Assembly (NCBI GenBank): GCA_036758585.1
Contig: DAIOWH010000003.1
Coordinates: 6,152 to 70,151 of the forward strand
Length of the DNA: 64,000 nt
Reading direction: 5' to 3'
Origin: Planctomycetia bacterium
GTDB taxonomy: Bacteria; Planctomycetota; Planctomycetia; JALXBF01; JBGPMX01
In this document: positions 60,801 to 64,000 of the stretch, piece after piece
Layout: every line of letters starts with the position of its first letter
How positions within the stretch are numbered: position 1 is the stretch's first letter
Translations under genes and position numbers: made by a program
The notes under the pieces: generated by a model
What the model was told of the DNA's origin: nothing
The model's input: the letters and a program-made list of their open reading frames with translations, nothing else
Database searches by the model: none

Positions 60801-63800
60801 AACGGGCGATGTGTCGGGCGGCACCAATGGGTTTGGAGGTACGGGCGCCGCTATTGGTTTCGATGCGGGCGATGGAGTGAACTTCATCAGTTTGGGCCGA
60901 CCCAACGATGCGACCGGAGTGGCGGCGTTTGCGAACCGGACTGAGGTTTTCGTGCTTGGGCCAGGCGGTGTGCCGGGAGCGCCGCCGAGTCCGCCGCCGC
61001 CGGGAACGGTCAACGCGTCGAATGACGGCGGCAACGACCAGGTTTCGCCTGCCGCCGCGATCAATCCGCTGGACACCCGGGACGTCGCGTCTGTCGTTCA
61101 AAGTGTGGACAACAACACCGGTGCATCGGTGGTGGATGTCCTCGCGTCGAACGACGGCGGCCTGACGTTCACACGCACGCGGTTTACATCTACGTTTGAC
61201 GCGCTCGGATCGGGTCGTCGTTCGAGTCCCGACGCGGTGTTCGACGCCAACGGGAACCTGTACGTCGCGTACGCATTCGATAATGGAACGACGCGTCGAG
61301 TCGTGGTGACACGCAGCACCGACCAGGGCCTGACGTTCAGCGCGCCTGCGTTGCTTACTCCACTAGGGGCCGGGGCTGTTCCCGAGACAGTCTCGGTCGC
61401 GACTGGCCGCGACGTCGTGAACCCGAACCAGCAAAACGTATTCGTCGCTTGGAGTGAAGTAGGCGGCGGTACGGGACTCGGCCAGCGCATCGCTGTAGCC
61501 GGCGCGGCGGCATCGACCCCGGGTGGCACGATCAACCCGTTCAGTTTCACGGTCACCAAGGACGCATCGTCCAATGCAGCGACCGGTCAACAACCGCGCA
61601 CGCCCGACATCGGCGTGGACCGCGCCGGACGGGTCTTCGCCACGTGGACCGACTACGGGTCGAGCCCCAACCCGATTCGTCTCGCACGGGACGATAATTT
61701 CTTTGGAACCGGTCTGGCGGGGTTTGGTTCGGCCAGCGTGGTGACCACGAACCACGTCGGGTTCCGGCGATCGGTCCCAGCGCAGCCGCAGCGCGGAGTC
61801 AGTGCCAGTCCGTCGATTGCCATCGATCGCAGCGATGCGGCCGATCCCGACTTCGGCCGGAATTCCGGGCGAATCTACGTCGCGTACACCGAAACCGGTC
61901 TGGACGGCGTCGGGGACCTGGACACGTTCCTGCGCTTCTCGGACGATGCCGGCGCCTCTTGGAGCCGCCCACAGCGGATCAACTCGCAGAACCGGGCGAG
62001 CCAGTTCAATCCTGCGATCACCGTCGATTCGACCACGGGACATGTTTTTGCCGTCTGGCAGGACACACGTCGCGATGTGGCGAACACCCTCGCCGAGCCG
62101 TTCATCGCACAGAGCATCGACGGCGGGCTGAACTTCCAACTCGACGTGGCACTCGCCACCGCGCCGTCTAGTCAGGCGGGGAATGCCGAACCGATCGAAG
62201 ATTTCGGCGATCGGATGGGCATTGCCGCGGCCAGTCATGTCGTGTTCGCCGCATGGGCCGACAACACGGCTCAGGCTACGGATTTGGAAACACTCACGAA
62301 CCGGCTGGTGCAGGTGGGCGGGCGCAATTTCTACAACCTGACGGTCGACAACTCCGATCGGCGTGAGTTGCAGACGGTGGACCGTGAGTTCGACGCGACA
62401 CTGAACTCGGGGAACCTCTTTGCATCCACCGACGGCGTCGCCGGCATCGGAGTCGCCGGGCCGCTCGCCACATTGGACGAGTTCACCGGCGCGGGGACCG
62501 TGCAGACTGAGATCGATACGCTGCCGGCGTTCGTTCAGCGCGTCGCTGGGGCGATTGGCGATATCGACTTCAGCCCAACCGGCGAATTGGTGGGCGGAAC
62601 GGCCTTCGTCAGTTCCGCACAGCCTGGCGAGACGCTAGTGTTCGTCGATCCGGACACCGGCCTCGTGTACAACCAGGCGACTATCACCGGAGTGGGACTG
62701 CCGCAGAGTTTCTCGGTCACCGCGCTCGAGTTCCAACCGGGCAGCGGCACGCTGTTCGTCGCCTTGGACTTTGATCCGGGGACCAAGGGATCGCCGTCGC
62801 AGTTGGGTACGATCAACGTCGCCGGTTGCGGCGTGGGAACTTGCACGGTCAACTTGCTGGGCCAGACGAACGTCGGCGAGATAGGCGGGCTGGCGTTCAA
62901 TCCGGTCAGCGGCGAGCTCTACGGCGTCACGTCGACCAGCGTCGGTGGCGGCGACTTTGTCGTGCTCAGCACAACGACCGGTGCGGCCATCTCGACGGTG
63001 CCGTCGGGCCGCCGCGACTACACCGGACTCGAATTCTCGCTCGATGGACTCGCGCTCTACGGCGTGCTGGGGCCGGATGAAACCATCGGCGCCCCCGGTG
63101 ACCTGGTGTCTATCGATCCGTTCACCGGCCAAGCCGGCACGATTGGCGCAACAAGTCTGATCGATCCGCGCACGGCCGGCCCATTGCCAAACGCGATCAG
63201 CGGCATCAGCTTCCGACCGCGGCGCAACGAGCGGCCGCAAGCGGGCACGGGCGGCGGCCGCTTGGCTCAGGTCACGGAAGCCGACATGACGCTGCTCGAA
63301 GGCGAAGAGGATTGGTATCGCATTCAGATGCCGGTCGCGGGCGGGTTGACCGTACGGCTGGACCTGCCCGACTCCGTACCAACCGATCGAAACTCGGACG
63401 GCCGAGACAACGACGGCGATACGCTAGTCGACGAGGGCGACGAGTTCGTGTTTGGCTTCCTCGACGCTCAAGAACAACTTGGACTCGAACTGTACGACAG
63501 CACCGGCGCAGTCCTGCTGGCCACGGGCGTGGTCGACGACCTGGCCGCGGTCGACGGCAGCGGATTCGGCGTGTTCATCGACCACCAATCCGTCACGCCG
63601 GTGGCAGGCGCCGTAGACCCATTCCTTTTGGTTCGAGTGTTCGGCGCCGCCGGATCGTTCAACGAATACGACCTGGTCGTAAGGAACAACGACCGATTCG
63701 ACCAGGCTTTGGTCCCGTCGGCCCTGTTTGGGTCGGACGCGGCCGGCCAGCTTGTGACGGTTAATGGCAGCACCGGGCTGACCACCGCCGTCGGGCCACT

Positions 63801-64000
63801 CGCGCCAGTGCCGACCGACATCGAATTCCATCCGCGCGATGTACTGTTCGGCGAAAGTCGGGCGGCGGCAGGCAGCTTCAACAATCTGCTCCGAGTTGAT
63901 CCCGCCACGGGCACTACGACGGTGGTGTGTGCGGCCGCGCCGTGCGACAACACGGTGTTCGCCATTACGGCGCTGGAGTTCGATGCGACGGTCGGTTCGC
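48874..64000 (+). CDS. second giant multidomain protein (5' partial in window: >=5,042 codons, no stop before window end) with N-terminal metzincin zinc-metalloprotease head
   Basis: frame-1 reading from ATG 48874 remains open to position 64000 (verified at the motif sites and window end; absent from ORF track because no stop in window); alternative start ATG 48955 (MSLERLEERVLL...); domain vocabulary parallels gene 1. Confidence 0.85.
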   Translation, partial: MTRPGSVNRPPHLKAKRRTPRKSSGQGMSLERLEERVLLALDIPEGAHPIFAPGTPQEYMAQHPDHFRENGLPGGALGFTFNDVDRWSQTATDGAGLNQGDPTTLTWGIIADGTLINTGATSNLIARMGTIYGSVAGPVNAQPWFTVFQQVFDNLQANSGIDYVYHAADDGVQMTNANRGILGVRPDIRIGGANIDGNSGTLAYAFLPNFGDIVIDTNDNFFNDTGGNSLGFRNVLAHEEGHGVGLGHSCPVDLTKLMEPTVTFAFDGPQHDDLLGINRGYGDRLEPNDNTLFATDLGVLNGTTASLSNVTIDDDSDLDLFRFSATGPTTTTVTVNPFGFTYPSGPEIATSTCGANNPNFDSLNQSDLSLEILDSTGAIIANANANGLGVGENLANVTLPAAGDYFVRLRGAQNAAQFYTLSVNVAQSATGGGKSGSTVQLTSVTADDVLNTPRDTFGFVLRRSEIDALGGQPALDIRDPVLLPDPVNDIKAFTVFFDGALDPISAEDEANYDLRSTGNPVTASDDGLFDTTDDFQYHVTPRYITTLDNPEDLDTNPDPAVVLEVQLPAGLTEFPSGRFRLTVRGGDPVLGANNLPINSQDAGPDEVLYFKTVHRPTAQPPDGVTANVYVDVTNTTAPFLGTSADPFNDIQTGLNAAAPGQTVLVRSNLARVPYVQDDLANDGVQDFDRNITVPANVRLVFQQGAIVKLRDAIIDVSGANAQLDAIGTFDNPVVFTSFADTLPDTGAQTGAPKAEDWGGIVFRAGSDSAGSRIEFAEIRYTGGEVGSVRYGAVHGLTSQPTVTNTIITSAGQAAFSFDLLSFTGTGPSLAGNFLERNTINGVLVVIPQGTTVSNVPGQAVMFDDPIDHVFTQSLTIPGGASVTTSNTNLKLSKAVIDLRGAAAAGTPSSLTAINTHFTSIQDDTTGRTADEVGNLQTDATGNGSVLAPQPGDWGGIDATTDDPTLPLGPSLTILSDVDNAGALAGQIQPDPALSRVAFGAGTFLRGGFPQIIRGNIDYGETFANDGNLADSHGNTINIQGTTIASSLSAGLFLTNAGGVFQDNDFLSNSDAAISIDTTSFHILRDPVFRRNITQGNQLNALAIRSGTFGGGADRLYEFNDPDIVHVGRGNLAISDGSGLAVLTLHPGVAFKAQSGAGLTVTGADYRTAFNNVGNGALVLDGDPDGAPFPGKLVGRFTTSFAGLNNDLSFTAREPLPRGNFTIRFVATGALSASVVPGAGIGGADRIDITIAAGTTTAKHVRDVVLRTPRVAAVLDVALAADSDGTGLVAALAETALPLTPDESPRPIQLTTIADDSIGPSVFRFGQDGRPGRAGVDDDGDGLTDEGDELGTAASDDEAVPQTDAQGNGSSTPTAADFWTGLNYSYFSNDLVPERDINGNGALDPWEDLNSNGVFDQLEETLDWRTNNTAGLDIGEDHDQDGVLERIVGNVANFIEVRFATNGILHEGPRHSATLADSHDGELGATGVNESIATATPLGNIGGRDGNDQVPSFRTPNRALRATGNIASGADVDFWSFTANPGSTITIDIDHTTTRWAGDNHLDPIVSLFYVKRDDPGAGKLILWAVANNNDSAVDTVLDPLEQDDTDPALININVPGIAAVDDTYYAAVTAFNNLPDFLFALPLSGPDMQLANYACTARPDGGFDVVVLDFDAIRSDDTFDENNAVATNCPGLTGPNTGGGDNVGQYSLLIRETQRDIVYPSGSFEVTNSQFRNITGDAVRIATPADPTMRDRIAPAVHTGGNTALPTNGTGPTLLATGARIENNEFANIGDDGVELIGDPGAGRSIRHDWVLNNTFFNTGTGLDLRSRLGATVLNNIFADVTGTAIASDGTSAVGLGAGTDSLVVSNNLYHSNGANGLLGTVFFPNLQSPASDPLFFDPTGLFPDLRITDNSAAVDSSLSDLEDRLGNVRLWMGVDPSSPVPVGGLRPESLLVPERVGRDTALDRNQIERIDLPELSNPNLGLGEDPFFDIGANEATDFLPPQVIRLGLAPQSDTGEINEVEPLRTRQSRPTFRGLVVDFTETVGRPELDEVAGLQVDIDVDGDGYDDGAATTSLFFDPETGFPVFYNVRNNGLVVVREVSLLPTGAEFRRVGVFEVQSTLDIVDSADLTIRARVLDKAGRSSADRPLRIAVDTVRPGVQTVTSSLSSSDLVMEFDEQVLLAGNNLQENLQLEVTTGAAVTAAPDLANAALVGNSGGAAGDLFGTQHTVNDFVIAPLPVAGSDGAAFFRGPFNNTTGADRPVITVNETSGANLDLAPGRLFEFPGPNNDLLITGRGALPDDTVVSVEFRHVALPNQPLGVSVVRTQASLPTALAGVDNDIVFTAHPTNFPGSAGNALRIEYRVAGLNTPLTVAVSGAAITVNVATNATGQPTSTAAQVRDAVNASGAASTRVSAALASGNSGTGVVAALPTTSLSGGRDAIGVTLDTDGAGAVDSTTSGPNAATTVRDAINAAAGTLVTASLTPTDTGAANTGAGAVAAHAAAPMNTGEFTISLWTFIRDHGAGPGVSNVDFLSPTRRPLATKRDATTGQGWSLVLENIPTDSPEQFLVFEVYDAAGARTHRIQSTSAVPSNQWAHVALSYNPVTAEWRFHLLQSASTVMDPDGDGAGNDRLHFVAAQPGAIGNSVSIDYTLGAAEQVFVTGSAVTVQLVAGTTTANRVLQMVAADPNASQLFVGRLAPGSNGTAAISRAVATRSLTGGQGPAVVTSGETRAEVTIGAAASAVRFQAVQAGAGGNAIRVQYTAGGTAQVSVAGSDVTVQVTGTTTAAQVVQLINAHTQASQLLLARLPDGSIGGGLVGAVGFTSLTGGVFPLSAATTGDLLIGAEAVPAASATFDGFIDEVQIWNRDVSLDEISQLPSAELPRAIAVRNVTGSNQDLPIVAVSLTTVAGRTQVTATVDGDPTTAGVQVLPRGNVYELEVFAQPTLTDVAGNRINGRVIAFGVGEDVFDLNTSQFNAPPEFPLDPNGRNDAPTTNVFTDLGTTAHRAVVLDFSQSDLTVTPVSAAPALPADEDWFRVDVLAAGEFTAGLTARDPNNDGVLNADEGIVVEVFRAADTTTPVAAATPSQVATATRTSAVSVSARELLFLRVRTDDGDDFNRYELELIVNDLFDAAAGFTLPPATGPLPIDLAGRNDDAQAIMAATLITASLAPGNSGAGFVAPLDFPLAGGVDTPATQATLTTSVAGNDNDLVFTAVPVGAAGNGIRVRYVNAGVNQPLGVTIDVANRIITVNLATNGAGTVTTTANDILQLLQVRATDLGGVADRSLSDFVGGSDLTIAVDPVSGAPDVDFYRMTSTAVGTLSLFMNVRDPNGDGQLDDGLASGRDERIDLAIVSPADPLGAALATATQSVLSPFLFEIVNQSVSTVGQEFWVRVRGTSAESANAYDLRMVNDDRFELAASVAPVGDGILPDDPDGRNDVVAAATDLGTVFTFAEDDLTITLGDGVVRDTDFFLYTAPDDLVFNVFADVADINRNGALDAAETLGLEVLDPTGTTVLATGSVFGTFPGSVIVDSGFVQLASGQSVLIRVFGSAGVANSYDLRALADDRFDHPFRSGTVAKPGGVDPAGRNDSSDDASGAGADDVRRTDLGTVVHLTENFLRVSDEDSHNFLFTAPTPAAGLDGQTLTIDDGLNPPTIFEFDNNGSTALGQVGVNFAALTTADELAAAIRSVINGIGAALNATASGSGSQVAVSSAIRVVSGAFPIAAAHDGDWFRVTAAVSGALGIHVDLIDADRNNQIDAVEILGLELYELDPMTNRAGDRLAVGVLDVVSRQVRIDGYPAMDGESFLVRVREGVNLPVAAVSGGATVTCNLQPLGPPAPAPVGQPNDDLSSGPFNLGFTFEFFGNNFTQFFVNNNGNITFTAPLFSFTATGFPNPFGIAMVAPFWADVDTRGAGSGLTRLQQGTNPSTGRPFIQVDWPDVGYFSSNVDKLNDFSLYIEDDPLGDLICFDYRDMEWTTGDVSGGTNGFGGTGAAIGFDAGDGVNFISLGRPNDATGVAAFANRTEVFVLGPGGVPGAPPSPPPPGTVNASNDGGNDQVSPAAAINPLDTRDVASVVQSVDNNTGASVVDVLASNDGGLTFTRTRFTSTFDALGSGRRSSPDAVFDANGNLYVAYAFDNGTTRRVVVTRSTDQGLTFSAPALLTPLGAGAVPETVSVATGRDVVNPNQQNVFVAWSEVGGGTGLGQRIAVAGAAASTPGGTINPFSFTVTKDASSNAATGQQPRTPDIGVDRAGRVFATWTDYGSSPNPIRLARDDNFFGTGLAGFGSASVVTTNHVGFRRSVPAQPQRGVSASPSIAIDRSDAADPDFGRNSGRIYVAYTETGLDGVGDLDTFLRFSDDAGASWSRPQRINSQNRASQFNPAITVDSTTGHVFAVWQDTRRDVANTLAEPFIAQSIDGGLNFQLDVALATAPSSQAGNAEPIEDFGDRMGIAAASHVVFAAWADNTAQATDLETLTNRLVQVGGRNFYNLTVDNSDRRELQTVDREFDATLNSGNLFASTDGVAGIGVAGPLATLDEFTGAGTVQTEIDTLPAFVQRVAGAIGDIDFSPTGELVGGTAFVSSAQPGETLVFVDPDTGLVYNQATITGVGLPQSFSVTALEFQPGSGTLFVALDFDPGTKGSPSQLGTINVAGCGVGTCTVNLLGQTNVGEIGGLAFNPVSGELYGVTSTSVGGGDFVVLSTTTGAAISTVPSGRRDYTGLEFSLDGLALYGVLGPDETIGAPGDLVSIDPFTGQAGTIGATSLIDPRTAGPLPNAISGISFRPRRNERPQAGTGGGRLAQVTEADMTLLEGEEDWYRIQMPVAGGLTVRLDLPDSVPTDRNSDGRDNDGDTLVDEGDEFVFGFLDAQEQLGLELYDSTGAVLLATGVVDDLAAVDGSGFGVFIDHQSVTPVAGAVDPFLLVRVFGAAGSFNEYDLVVRNNDRFDQALVPSALFGSDAAGQLVTVNGSTGLTTAVGPLAPVPTDIEFHPRDVLFGESRAAAGSFNNLLRVDPATGTTTVVCAAAPCDNTVFAITALEFDATVGS
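48958..48996 (+). other. N-terminal 'LERLEERVLLALD' motif after basic leader
   Basis: MTRPGSVNRPPHLKAKRRTPRKSSGQGMSLERLEERVLLALD. Confidence 0.6.
49000..49700 (+). other. metzincin (matrixin-like, M10-type) zinc metalloprotease catalytic domain
   Basis: HEEGHGVGLGH = HExxHxxGxxH (codons 49585-49617) followed by Met-turn 'TKLMEPT'; no PRCG cysteine-switch seen. Confidence 0.75.
49720..50150 (+). other. PPC-like domain immediately after the metalloprotease
   Basis: 'RLEPNDNTLFATDLGVLNGTTASLSNVTIDDDSDLDLFRFSATGPTTTTVTV.....YFVRLRGAQNAAQFYTLSVNV' matches EPND..A..l / D.D.(Y/F).F PPC pattern. Confidence 0.55.
50740..52450 (+). other. parallel beta-helix region I (homolog of gene-1 7200-9480)
   Basis: 'VVFTSFADTLPDTGAQTGAPKAEDWGGIVFRAGSDSAGSRIEFAEIRYTGG' parallels gene-1 motif. 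Confidence 0.45.
52873..52920 (+). other. thrombospondin-type-3-like Ca-binding motif
   Basis: GVDDDGDGLTDEGDEL; same DGLTDEGDE core at gene-1 39760-39825 and at 63385-63450. Confidence 0.4.
53950..54700 (+). other. parallel beta-helix module II (homolog of gene-1 23160-23900)
   Basis: NNEFANIGDDGVEL, NNTFFNTGTGLDL, NNIFADVTGTAIA, SNNLYHSNGANGL ... DPLFFDP....ITDNSAAVDSS. Confidence 0.5.
55860..56350 (+). repeat. module A copies in gene 2
   Basis: 'DNDIVFTAHPTNFPGSAGNALRIEYRVAGLNTPLTVAVSGAAITVNVATNATGQPTSTAAQVRDAVNASGAAS....GNSGTGVVAALPTTSLSGG'. Confidence 0.55.
57340..57540 (+). other. LamG-like (Laminin_G_3) domain C-terminal portion
   Basis: 'FDGFIDEVQIWNRDVSLDEISQL'. Confidence 0.5.
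60400..60960 (+). other. NIDO-like domain
   Basis: 'FNLGFTFEFFGNNFTQFFVNNNGNITF.....GIAMVAPFWADVDTRG.....FIQVDWPDVGYF......FSLYIEDDPLGDLICFDYRDMEWTTGD' (APFWADVD codons 60577-60600). Confidence 0.6.
61000..62300 (+). other. BNR/Asp-box beta-propeller
   Basis: LASNDGGLTFTRT, TRSTDQGLTFSAP, RFSDDAGASWSRP, AQSIDGGLNFQLD; 'TNHVGFRRSVPAQPQRGVSASPSIAIDRS'. Confidence 0.65.
62400..63240 (+). other. unassigned beta-propeller-like module (gene-2 copy; another begins ~63710)
   Basis: '...DIDFSPTGELVGG...LVFVDPDTGLVY....SVTALEFQPGSGTLFVALD....EIGGLAFNPVSGELYGVTS....LEFSLDGLALYGVLG....GDLVSIDPFTGQAG....ISFRPRRNE'. Confidence 0.4.

Noticed and set aside
1-64000. rRNA, tRNA, ncRNA, prophage or integrase signatures
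   Set aside because: I read the window for cloverleaf-like tRNA arrangements, rRNA-like conserved stretches and integrase/transposase motifs and found none. Essentially the whole window beyond 3205 is occupied by the two giant coding frames.

Overview
High-GC (~67%) bacterial DNA, most consistent with a Planctomycetota chromosome. The evidence is a DUF1501-type Tat-signal protein, a TolB-like protein, and an N-terminal 'LERLEERVLL' motif on the large proteins. All real coding is on the + strand. The window opens with two ordinary genes (63-1442 DUF1501-like; 1492-2475 TolB/PD40 beta-propeller). A ~730-bp non-coding region carrying a perfect nested hairpin follows. A single uninterrupted 45.4-kb gene (3205-48621; ORF-track version 3094-48621, 15,175 aa) comes next. 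It encodes a giant multi-domain protein. The N-terminus is a subtilisin-like S8 protease with an intact D/H/S triad and propeptide. It is followed by BNR/Asp-box propellers, parallel beta-helix modules, FG-GAP and NHL beta-propellers, a vWA (MIDAS) domain, LamG-like jelly rolls, at least 16 PPC-like domains, and a 16-copy tandem array of bacterial Ig-like domains. It also contains two repeat families I cannot assign to any known domain. 252 bp downstream a second giant gene starts at 48874 and runs off the window end (more than 5,040 codons, so absent from the ORF track). It has the same module vocabulary but a metzincin zinc-metalloprotease head (HEEGHGVGLGH plus Met-turn LMEP) and a NIDO-like domain. 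Both giant proteins lack a hydrophobic signal peptide. Each begins with an Arg/Lys-rich leader followed by the identical LERLEERVLL motif. The many long minus-strand and out-of-frame ORFs (up to 1,458 aa) are artefacts of GC3-biased codon usage. No rRNA, tRNA, CRISPR or transposase genes were recognised.
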